A stretch of 62,536 nt of DNA from Chiloscyllium plagiosum (taxonomy: Eukaryota). The stretch is taken from assembly GCF_004010195.1 (NCBI RefSeq), contig NC_057720.1:5641521-5704056 (forward strand), in the 5' to 3' direction. The notes under the pieces are model-generated. The model made no database searches. It worked only from the letters and a program-made list of their open reading frames with translations, and was not told the DNA's origin. The translations under genes were made by a program, and so were the position numbers. How positions within the stretch are numbered: the stretch's first letter is position 1; each line of letters opens with the position of its first letter. Shown piece after piece: positions 34,513-45,567 of this stretch.

Positions 34513-36868
34513 TAAGTTGTAACACAAATGAAGCCCCTTTGCAGTGACATTGCTGTTTTAATATAGGAATCCTTGGAGCCAATTTGCACACAGCTAGCTC
34601 CCACAAACAGCAATGTTGTCATGATCAGTAAAACTGTTTGTTTACAGCAAACAAAAGTAGAAATTGCTGGAGAACTGAAGAAGTCACTGGATTGGAAATG
34701 TTAACTCTGTTTTCTCTTCACAGATGCCAAATTTCTCCAACAATTTCTGCTGATGTTTGTTTCAGATCTCCACAGTTCTTTGTGTGTGATTTTTTTTTGT
34801 TATTGTTTCCTTTGTAATGTTGCTTGTGGGATTAGTATTGGCCTGGAAACCAAGGAGAGCTGCCCTACCCTTCTTTTGGATAACAGAATGACCAGAGATG
34901 ACAGGACAGCCCTCATTTTAATGTTTCACTCATTCAGAGTCAGCACTGCCCCACAACCCCCAGTACCAACAATGCAGCACTCCTTCAGTACAGCAAACTG
35001 TCAGCCTGCACTGTTCACAAACAACGTTTTGATCACATACTAATATGTTAGATATTTGGAACACAAAGTCAAATTTTGAAACTTGGCAACACAATAAAGT
35101 TGATGGAGTGATAAAATAGTGAGAATGATACCAATCATTTGCAAGTTAATAGATTAACAGAATGGGCAGACATGTCAGATTGAATTTAACATAGATAAAT
35201 GTGAGTTGAAACAAAAACAGAGGTTGCTGGAAAAGCTTAGCAGGTCTGGCAACATCTGTGGAGAGAAATCAGAGTTAATGTTTTGGGTCCAGTGACTCCT
35301 CCTCAGTGTGAGTTGGTACATTTTCATAAGAAAGGCAACACAGGCAGGAGCAGGTGTGAGGGGCTGAATGGCCTAGTCCTGTTCCTATGTTCCTAATGGT
35401 ACATTTTTAAGAGTGTACAGGGACACAGGTGTCTCATGGATTCCAAGGTGACAAGAGTTGTGGATGATGTAAATCAGAAATAAAAACAGAAATTGCTGGC
35501 AAAGCTCATCAGACCCTGTTCTGGACCAGAAACGTTAACCCTGATTTCTCTCCACAGATGCTAGCAGACCTGCTGAGCTTTTCCAGCAATTTCTGTTTTG
35601 TTACATATTGAGAGAGTGGTCTGCGCAACCATATGGGATCTTGGAGCAACTTGGGTCCAAAAGCAGGAAAGTTATGCCACACCTATACAAAGCTCTGATT
35701 CCTATGGGAACACAACTGAAGAATGTGTCCAGTTTGGCTCACCACTCTTTCGTGAGAATGTGAGTATCCTTGAAAATGTGCAGAGGAGATTTACCGGATG
35801 GGTCCAGGCCTGAGAGTTCTTAAACATAAGATTAGTTGGACAAATCTAGCTGTTCTGCTTGAAGCAAATGAAATCAAGAGAAGATTTGTCAGAGGTGTAC
35901 AGGATTAGGACAGGAAGAAACATTTCCTTGTAATTTCATATATTTCAATCGTATCCCCTCACAATCACCCATGCTCTAAGGAAAACAACCCCAGAGTGTC
36001 CACTTAGGAAACATCGTGGTCAATCTCCTCTGCATCCTCTCTAGTGCAATCGCATCCCTCCTATAATGTGGATTTTAGAACTGCATACAGTACTCTAGCT
36101 GTTGTCTAACCAGTGATTTATACAGTTTCAACATCACCTCCCTGCTCTTAAACTCTACCTCCCTGCTGTTTAATTCAAGTGAGAATCTGCAGCTCAATAC
36201 CTGCAAAAGGGTAGAGGCAGATATTGAAGAAGTATTTAAGTATGGACTTCTGTTGCCAAGGCATACACCCCACTGTGGGATGTTACCTTGTTGCCGTGGA
36301 GAGGTTTGTGCTCTTCGATGAGGCTTTAAGCAATGGTGTCTGGGTGTTCCTCCATTCTGATTTGGGTGATCCATGGCACTTGTGTTGGGGGATAGTACCA
36401 GACAAAGGTGCAATCCAAAACATCTGCAAGAGGCAGAACATGCGAAGGACGACTGTATACCTCAGCAACTGCAATGGTGGGAGAAGGGTGCAATGGCCAA
36501 GGTAATCTTGACCATCCTGGTCCGTGACCATCAACCCACCATGTGTGGGCAATGTCAACACCTCAAGGTGCTCATGTCAGGGTTTCTCCCAAGGTCCTTT
36601 CTCCAGGTTGTGTGACAATGAAGGATTAGTGATGGGGACATTGCTGTGGACGTGGGCATCCCCCAGTCAAGATTCTGGATACAGGCAGCAGATATGTGAG
36701 GCTCGTTGGGTGCTGTACAGGACAGAGTAATCTTTGGGCAGCAACATCTGTGACTGAACAGCGGTCTTCAGGATTACCTGCACTCCCCTGAACTGCCCTA
36801 AATATCAGCCATTCCACTTATTCTTGGCTGTGGAGACCCACCTGCAGGATCACCACCCTCATGATCAG

Positions 36869-37012
36869 GAGGAGAAAGTGAGGTCTGCAGATGCTGGAGA
36901 TCAAAGTTGAAACTTTATTGCTGGAACAGCACAGCAGGTCAGGCAGCATCCAGGGAACAGGAGATTCGACGTTTCGGGCACAGGCCCTTCTTCCTGAAGC
37001 AATAAAGTTTCA
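36869..37012 (-). mobile_element. Young Penelope-terminus-derived insertion with 14-bp TSD and short inverted tail
   Basis: ACCCTCATGATCAG at 36855-36868 and 37013-37026; first 125 bp identical to 41580-41704. Confidence 0.9.
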
Positions 37013-37939
37013 ACCCTCATGATCAGACTCTGCAGTTTGCAACTTGCAATGTTAGAGCACTCATGGATCATCTTCACAGCCACTTCTAGAAAGGAGAATT
37101 GGGGAGGGTGAGATAAAGGAAACAACTGAGTGTTTATGCCTCCTGCTGGAAAGACAAGAGCTACAGTCACTCTCATATCCGCAATGTTGGTTTTGTCGTC
37201 TGATACAGGACTTATGATGTGCTGCACCTCCACATCATGATAGAATCAAGGAATCCTAAAGTTATCTCGTGGGAAATCTAGAAAATCTTCACATGCCCAA
37301 CTCAGTCTCAGAATGGTGGAGTCAAATGAAGATGGCTGTACTAGACCTGGACCATTGAGTCTGAGCATTATTGCCACCAGGGACAGGGTTAACAAAGTGA
37401 TGCCACCAGTGCCTCATTAGACCAAGGGCAAATGGACAAAGTACCTTTTGTTCCCAGGACAGCATTTTTCTTCCATCCATCCAATCCGGAAAGAACATTT
37501 CCAGCAACTTGGTACGGATAATAAATGCTGGTGATGCCACAAATCAATGAAAACAAACTCCTCAACTGTGAATCCACATTGGCAGCTGTTCCACCCTAGG
37601 TCCCTGTGGTGGGCCATCATGGCTGGGAGATTAAATGGATGAAAAACAACAAAACAGTCCAGTCCTGATTCGATTCCAGTTAAGGTGCTCAGAGCTGATG
37701 GGCTATTGCTCACGTCATGACCCTACAGATGCATGGCCTCCTTCTGTGCATTAATGTCACTCCATGACTCAACAGTGAAGACGGTTGGGCCAAGGATACC
37801 ACCCTGAGGAACCCTTCACCTTCACTCCATTACCCCTCAGCACACTGCATCCACACAGGCCGTCAAGTGCATAGCTTTGATTAAAAAACAAGATCCGAAC
37901 TGAAATAACTGCACAGAGGCTGGTGTCCCTTGATGAATT

Positions 37940-38580
37940 GTGCATGATACACTGGCTGCAGCCAGCCAGCTCAGAGTCAGTCCCCTGAACTCAAATTGTC
38001 TCTCTCACTTAGAGGAGGCATATGGCCAGCGTTGGTGTTCCTGCTGCCGTTTTATCCTTTGGCCCAGATCCAGGAAGGTCAGGTTTACCTGCTGCAGAGC
38101 CTTCTCCCCATCAGGAACTCTGCTGGAGCTATCCTTGTTGTTGTGCGCGGAGTGGTCCTATAATCCAACAGGAACCAGGACGGTTTGGTATCAATTGACG
38201 TTGTAAGGCTGTTTCTTTAAGCTTGCGTTCCAAATTTGTTCTGCTCTTTCCATGATGGATGGTATGGAGCTGTTCTTACCTGCAGAATCCCATTTGACTT
38301 CAGGAAATATTCAAACTCCGTGCCAGTAAATGACATCCCACTGTCCATGATCAATACTTGCAGGAGTCTGCGTATTGCCAATGATGCTTACAGCTTCTCA
38401 GTCATCATCCCTGAGTTTTCTGAATGAACTTGATGCACTTCTGACCACTTTGAGTGGGTGTCCATAATGACTAAGAACATTGCACCCTTGAAAGGACCTG
38501 CAGACTCGACATTTAACCGAGTCCAGGGCTTACCCGGCCATTCCCATGAATGTGGGGGAGCTGCTGGTGACAATTACTAC
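37940..38580 (-). mobile_element. Ty3/Gypsy LTR retrotransposon integrase remnant
   Basis: PPHSWEWPGKPWTRLNVESAGPFKGAMFLVIMDTHSKWSEV...MDSGMSFTGTEFEYFLKSNGILQVRTAPYHPS (rve core), with stops. Confidence 0.85.
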
Positions 38581-39268
38581 AAAAACTAATGAGCATTTCA
38601 TTATATCTATCTTCCCTCACACCAAACATCAAATCCTGAGGTAGCCTAAAGCCTCAGTAATGCCCTTATGCTGCACTAGAGACAAATACTGAGCACTAAA
38701 CTAGATCTTAAGGTTTTATTGGGACCTCTGACCAATATGCTTATGTTCATCTTGTGTTGAAACCTGAAATTGTCATAGTTTCATTTTACAAGCTATGTCT
38801 TGTCAACCTGTACTTTCAAATCTGCCTGCACTTATAAGTACCAAGGCTATTTCCATTTGAGTTGATTTACTGCTGATGTCTGTTTTCTCATCCAACCTTT
38901 AGGGTCTTTTCCGCGAGTGATTGATTGGCCAACAATTATGCAATTACAGCAAATCTACTAGGATAGAGGTACCCAAACTTTTGTCTTTGGGGGGTCACAC
39001 AGATGCGTAGACAGAGCCCCTGAGGACAGAATAAGAAGGCTCAATCCTTCTCATTGATCCATGACCTCACTGGCTCAATCAGTGAAGCAACATGCCTTAC
39101 TAAAGGCACTATTCAAATCTCCAGGCTGACAAATTTCAAACAGCCCAGACTGTAATCATCAAGTACTTTCTCTGAGTTTGTCTAGACATGGAAGACCTGA
39201 CTACCACACTCTTGGGGATTGGTGTGGTCAAGGACTGGACGTGCCAATGTGGGACTGGGGTGGACAAA

Positions 39269-39437
39269 GTCAGAAGTCACACGATACCAGGTTATAATCC
39301 AACAGGTTTATTTGAAATCACAAACCTTCGGAGTGATGCTCCTTTATCACTTCACCTGACGAATGAGCAGTGCTCTGAAAGTTTGTGGCTTCACCTAAAC
39401 CTGTTGGACTATAACCTGGCATCGTGTGACTTCTGAC
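39269..39437. mobile_element. Palindromic element made of two inverted Penelope family B termini
   Basis: GTCAGAAGTCACACGAT...ATCGTGTGACTTCTGAC; right arm contains CAC-CTGACGA-..GAGC agt GCTC.-GAAA-GTTT-GTG. Confidence 0.8.
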
Positions 39438-39449
39438 ACTGGTCTAGGA

Positions 39450-40210
39450 ATTCAGAGGCTCAAGCCTGTGGGTGTATGGGTTCTAATTCCACCTTGGCAA
39501 TTAGTGGAATTTAAATTCAATTAATAAATCCAGAATATAAAGCTAGTCTCCATGCTGTGGCTATCATGGATTGTTGTAAAACACCATCTGGTTCACTTTA
39601 GGGAAGGAAATCTACTGCCCTTACTTTCCGGGGCCAACCGGACCTCCCGGTCACTGCCCATTTCAACCCTCCCCCGCATCCCCCACTTCCTTTCTGACAT
39701 GACCATTCTTGGCTTCCTCCATTGCCACAATGAACCACACCGCAAATTGAAGGAAAAGAACCTCATCTTCCGCCTGAGCAGCCTACAGCCCAGAGGATTC
39801 AACATTGAATTCCCCAGTTTCAAATAACCTTCCTCCCCATCCACCAACATCCTTCCCAGCCACTCTCCCTCCCTCTCAATGCTCCCTGCCACCTCCCGGA
39901 TTCATTCTTCCCATTGACCAACAGGGTCGTACCCTCTACCTGTCTTCACCTATCACCACCTCACAACCCTGCCCCTGCCACCCCCTTTACCTGCAGCTCC
40001 CCCACACCCACCCCACTCGTGAGGAAGGGTTACACCCAAAAGGTCAACTTCTTCACCTCTTGATACTGCCTGGCTTGCTGTGTTACTCCAGCCTTCTATG
40101 GGTTACCCTTACCTGGTCTAGCCGACATGTGACTCCAGACCTACAGCAATATGGGTGTCTCGTAACTGCTCTCGAGGACAATTAGGGATGTCATCCCATG
40201 AAAAAATTAA
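39450..40210 (+). mobile_element. SINE family B split by a Penelope GIY-YIG 3' fragment (~39626-40105)
   Basis: CCCTTAC is repeated at both junctions; the insert encodes MTILGFLHCHNEPHRKLKEKNLIFRLSSLQPRGFNIEF. Confidence 0.8.
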
Positions 40211-40357
40211 TAAAAACTGGTTGTGAGGCCACAGGCCCTCTGACCCCTACTCCTTCCAGTCTAGTCACCATGGGGCTTGGGATGTGCTTAAATTTACAAC
40301 ACACCCTGCACCTCTGATGTGCTGCATTGGAGAGAGACAGTGCAGCACCTGGGCTTC

Positions 40358-40640
40358 GTGGTGGCACAGTGGTTAGTACTGCTGCCTCACAGCGCCAGGT
40401 TCCTGCGTTCGATTCCAGCCTCGGGTGACTGTGTGGAGTTTGCACATTCTCCCTGTGTATGTGTGGGTTTCCTCTGGGTGCCCACAATCCAAAAACATGC
40501 AGCTTAGGTGAATTGGCCATGCTAAATTGCCCATAGCATTAGTCAGGGGTAAATAAAGGGTAGGGGAATGGGTCTTTGGAGGGTTGGTATGGATTTGTTG
40601 TGCCAATGGGCCTGTTTCCATACTGTAGGAGTGTAATCTA
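40358..40640 (+). mobile_element. HE1-like V-SINE
   Basis: GTGGTGGCACAGTGGTTAGTACTGCTGCCTCACAGCGCCAGG head, V-domain and tail. Confidence 0.85.
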
Positions 40641-41220
40641 AAGGCACTGCTGAACTGTATATTCTGATGGGGCTCTCTCATGGCACAGTGGTAGTGTCCC
40701 TACCCCTGGTGTGGGAGGCCCATGTTCAGGTCTCTCCTGCTCCCAAGGTGCGTAATAACATCGCTGAACAGGTTCATTAGGAATAACAGGTTAAATTAAA
40801 TAGAAAACTGCTCTGACTCTCATGTCAATGAAGGCTGATTTGTGGATCTAACTGAAAAAAAGGCCACTGTTTAAGCAACACCACAGAAACCAATCATTTA
40901 GCCCCGGGTTTTAATACCATGATGAGAAGTGATTATGGGACTATTTGACTCACTTCCCCATGTTAGACCAAAGGTGAGGCAATAATGGAAAGAGAACTCT
41001 ATTGTTTCGTCCTTTAACTGTGTTCACAAGAAATCCTCAAACTCAATAAAAATACCCAACAATTTAAAGAGGAGTCCACAGGTTTACTTCAAACTGACAA
41101 AGCTACTGAACCAGTTAAGTGTTGAATTATTGACAATTTAGCATCGTAAATATGTTAGAGAAAGAAACAGAACGTTGCGTGCTTGTAGACTCAAATTGTG
41201 CTCTTTTTGTCCTTCTACAG

Positions 41221-41287
41221 GCAGGCTCTTCATGTCTGGGCCCACCAAAAGAGATAGTGAGAGGTTTGAAGGCTAATAACAATAGTA
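41221..41287 (+). other. Candidate additional or alternative TTLL7 exon (see findings)
   Basis: Strong pyrimidine tract ctctttttgtccttctacag, a second AG 4 nt downstream, and a donor A|gtaagg at 41287/41288; no recognisable repeat. No transcript evidence. Confidence 0.4.
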
Positions 41288-41579
41288 GTAAGGAGGGAAA
41301 ACAGTATCCCACTTTTAAAGTGGGAAACGAGAAGGCTGAGTGAAGCAACTGAACCAATAGCAATGGAATTTAGAGACAGAATCGCAAGATATTCCCAGGC
41401 ATAGAGAACAAGCGTGCAGCCAAACCTGTCAGCAAACAGAAGTCTGATTTCAGGACTCTATATTTTATGCCAGAGATATTATTTTATATATATTATATAT
41501 AGAAAATAAATATAAAATAAACTATGCATGTTTTCTGAAGCCTTTAATAATACTTGGATTATTACGCAGCACTGTCTTT

Positions 41580-41704
41580 GAGGAGAAAGTGAGGTCTGCA
41601 GATGCTGGAGATCAAAGTTGAAACTTTATTGCTGGAACAGCACAGCAGGTCAGGCAGCATCCAGGGAACAGGAGATTCGACGTTTCGGGCACAGGCCCTT
41701 CTTC
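41580..41704 (-). mobile_element. Young 125-bp Penelope-terminus-derived insertion with 15-bp TSD
   Basis: CGCAGCACTGTCTTT at 41565-41579 and 41705-41719; identical to 36869-36993. Confidence 0.92.
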
Positions 41705-42755
41705 CGCAGCACTGTCTTTACCAGTGTATCTCAATCACAGGAGTTGCAGTTGGGTTCCTGTGTTTTGGGTTCTTTTCAGGTGATGATTGTCACTGTTGGG
41801 GAGGGGGCGCTTTCTACTTCAGGTAGCCTTGCAGTGTCATTGTTTGATGGTCCCACACTGGGATGCACAAGGATGATTCCTCTGTGTAGTTCTAAAGTTT
41901 GTTCATCAGTGAGCAGTGTATCCCCACACTCTGCACCAAACAGTTCGGGTTCCAATGCCAGGTCGTGATGCGTGAAGGAGTGATCTGGGTGAGCGGCAAG
42001 ATTAAGAGCTGTCTATCTCTTCCAGCTGGCCTGCATGGGTCAGAGAGAGCTGAAAGAGCCCATTACTGAGCTAATATGCGAATGATTCCACTCCACTAGT
42101 AGCATGGTGATTGAAGGATGACTGAGATAGAGACAGTAACTATTCCCCACTGAGGGGACCTTCAGCTGTGGGTGGTGAATCAGTTTTGATCAATCTAGCT
42201 GAGGGACACCTTGTTGGGAGGAACTAGGAAAGCTCTCTGCTAGTTATGAAACCACGGAATGCAGCATCAGAGTGCAGAAAGAGCCTTTTTGGGTCCATTG
42301 TACCAGCACTGCCGCCTTTAACGGGCAAACCATTTAGGAACATAGAAACAGGAGTAGGCCCTTCAGCCCCTTGAGCCTGTTCCACCATTCAGTGAGATCA
42401 TCACTACCTCTAACTACCTGCCTTTAGCTCATATTTCTTATTACTTTTGCATAACAATAAATTATCTATCTCAGATTTAACAACTCATCCAGCATCTAAC
42501 GCCATTAGTGGAATAGAGCTCCAAATAGCTATCCCACTTTGTGTGTGGAAGTGCTTCCTAACATTTCTCCTGAACATTCTGGCCCTCATTCTCACCATGC
42601 CTCACTCCCTGACCCTTGCCCACAGCTCTGCAAATTTTTCCTTTTTTTAAACTTTTTTTTATAGGTTGCCTAATGAATCCATTTTTAATGAGTGCGTGTG
42701 TACATGTTTGAGGGAACACCAAAACAGAAATAGTTCACACAATTCAAGTGGCGAA

Positions 42756-43330
42756 GGAATTGAATTGAATTGAAGTTATTGTCACGTGTACCAAGGCACA
42801 GTATAAAACTTTGTCCTGCGAGCAATACAGGCAGGTCACAGAGTTAAGTTGCATACATAAGTAAATAATAGATAAACAGTGGCAAAAACAAAAACACAGG
42901 TACAGGCGAATGTTAAGAGTTTGTGAGTCCATTCAGTATTCTAACAACAGCAGGGTAGAAACTGTTATGAAACCGGCTGGTGTGTGTGTTCAGGCTTCTG
43001 TACCTTCTCCCCGATGGTAGAGGTTGTAGAAAAACATTGCCAGGGTGGGATGGATCTTTGAGAATGTTGGCGGCCTTTCCTTGACAGCGGCCCTGGTAGA
43101 TGGATTCTATAGATGGGAGGTTGGCCTTTGAGTCCAGGCCGAGTTCACCACTCTCTGTAGCCGTCGGTGATCTTGAATGGTACAGTTGCCATACCAAATA
43201 GTGATACATCCAGACAGAATGCTCTCGATGGTGCACCTATAAAAGTTGGCAAGGGTATTCGCCATCATGCAAAATTTCCTCAGCTGCCTGAGGAAGAAGA
43301 GACGTTGTTGGGCCTTTGTAACCAGGATTG
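42756..43330 (-). mobile_element. Rex1/Babar-type LINE 3' fragment
   Basis: QQRLFFLRQLRKF...FYRCTIESILSGCITIWYG...ILKDPSHPGNVFLQPLPSGRRYRSL...FHNSFYPAVVRILN; (AATTC)n tail. Confidence 0.85.
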
Positions 43331-44822
43331 CACCAGGGCAATAAAGCGAAAGCTACACAATGCCAAAGAAAAGCTAATTCAGCGACAACATCCTTACCTA
43401 AAGAGAGACAAGAATACTTGCAATAGTCTCCACTTGGCCTTGGATGTATATTGGACCAGTCTGTGCAGATAGGGGCCTTCAATACTGATTTTGCCACAAT
43501 CCCATCAGTAGACTATCACATCTGGTTCCTGCTGGTGCACTCAACTCCTGCCCATCGCTGCCGGTCTTTATGCGATGGGACGGCACCTGTCTCTCCTTTC
43601 ACTTTGGCAAGTCGATGTCTGTGGCCCACAGAAACGTGACGGTGATGGGTCAGGGTGGGGAGGAGCTGTCGAGCTCCCTGCAGCTGTAATGACATTACCC
43701 AGTGGTGGTGGTGATTGTCGGGTTGGTGGGTGTAGTGGCAGAGCAGGTTGGTGGAGGGAGAATGTCGAGCTGAAATTAAGATCAGATTGGCCATGACTTT
43801 ATTGAATGGTGGGGCAGGCTGGAAGGGCTGAGTGGCCTCCTCTTGCACCTCGTGTGTTAGTGGCGCTACTTGGAGAGCCTGCAATAAAAATGAGACCTTA
43901 AATGGTGGTCGTCCTTTAGAGGGGGTGACCACTAATTATGAAATAAAGGCATGAAAGGATATGAAGGAAGTGCAGAGAATTGGTGCTGATAAGGGAATAG
44001 TTCTCAGGGCTCTGTGTGATAAAATTCTCACACAATTTCAGCTCACCCCTGGCTTCACCTGTTCTCATCCCTGTGATATCCTCCAGCTTTACGACTCCCT
44101 GAGATCCCTGAATACTTCTGATGCTGGACACTTATGCATCCAACCTTTCCATCACCTACAACATCTGCCTCAAACTCTCTCCATTGGTGGCTGTGCCGAT
44201 GTTTGCCTGGGACCCAAAACTATGGAGTGCTTTTCGCAAACCTCTCTGCTTCTCTCTCCCATCATGTGATGCCTCGCAACATCAATTGCAACTTGCATTT
44301 GTATAGCACCTTCAATAAAGTAAAAGAAACCCCAAGGTGCTTCATGGAGGCACTATCAGACAAAAATTTGCTACTGAAGCACATGAGAGAATATGGGGAG
44401 AGAGAGTGATATAGAAGTCCTAAAGTATTGGCCAGTGTCCTGGGGCCATGGGTGTGAATTCCCCTGAGGGTAACTGGTGATGACTAATTTTGGACTCAAC
44501 AACGTTAACTATCATCAATCATTATAAAAACCCATCTGGTTCAGGAATGCTCTTCAGAGAAGGAAATCAGTCATCCTTATCTCGTCTGGCCTACATGTGA
44601 CTCCAGATCCACTGCAATGTGGTTAACTTCCTTTTTAAGTCAGCCTGTTCAGAGAAGTTATTACACAACTCTGGAGCTAGTGAGACTTGAATCGAGGTCT
44701 CCTGGGGCAGAGGTAGGGACACTGCCTCTGAAGTGGTCTCAGTTCAAATGCAATTAGAGAGGGGCTATAAATGTCAGAACTGTCTACATTCCCATGGAGA
44801 GGTTAGCTAATAAGCAGCAGAG

Positions 44823-45567
44823 TGTTATGATGTTGCAGGCATGTACTGTTCGTTTAAGAGGGAGTGAAAGATGTTTTGTACTGAGAGGTTGTAGGCACTT
44901 GTCTTGTGACTGACTAGCAGTCTCAGAGTGTACTGGAAACTTGAAAATATGTAACAAGTAGCTGTTTTCACAACCGTTTGTATTTAACTAATCAGTATAA
45001 ATTATGGGATACTAAAACCCAATCAAATTTGAATTTTGCTATTTTGACAACATCAAACCAATGAGACGATTCGATGTTTGGGGTGTAAATAAACCGGATT
45101 TTGAGAGTTAGCCAGAGACAGAGCAACCTGCCATCTGGAAAGATACTGCCATTCGAAACCCTCTCTATCAAAGGTACCTTTTTCATATGAAACATCTTTG
45201 CAACAAAAGACTAAAGATGACCCAGGGAGATCCGCAGCTGAAAGAAGACAGACGCCAATGACGATAGCCATTGTCTAGTTTTTGAAAGTTCAGTGCATGT
45301 AATTTTAATAGGGGCTTTAATTGGAACAGTATATTGTTATAGAGTTGGAGGTAGATAACAGACCTTTAAGAAAAAGGAGGCTTAGAGTTGTAAATAGTTG
45401 TTGTTTCATGTTCACTTTTAGAGTTAAAGAATAAAATTGATGTTTTTCTTTAAATAGTGGAATTTGGGGAGTTCTCTGTCATTCATACTTTAACAGATTA
45501 CGAGGCGAGGTGAGCTTTTCCGTGTGTTTGGTTTAATTAAAGAAGGGATTACCACCATGTCATAACA
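44823..45567 (+). mobile_element. Solo LTR (745 bp) with 5-bp TSD
   Basis: Starts TGTTATGA and ends TCATAACA (perfect 8-bp inverted termini); CAGAG on both flanks (44818-44822, 45568-45572). Orientation inferred from AATAAA at 45430-45435. Confidence 0.85.
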
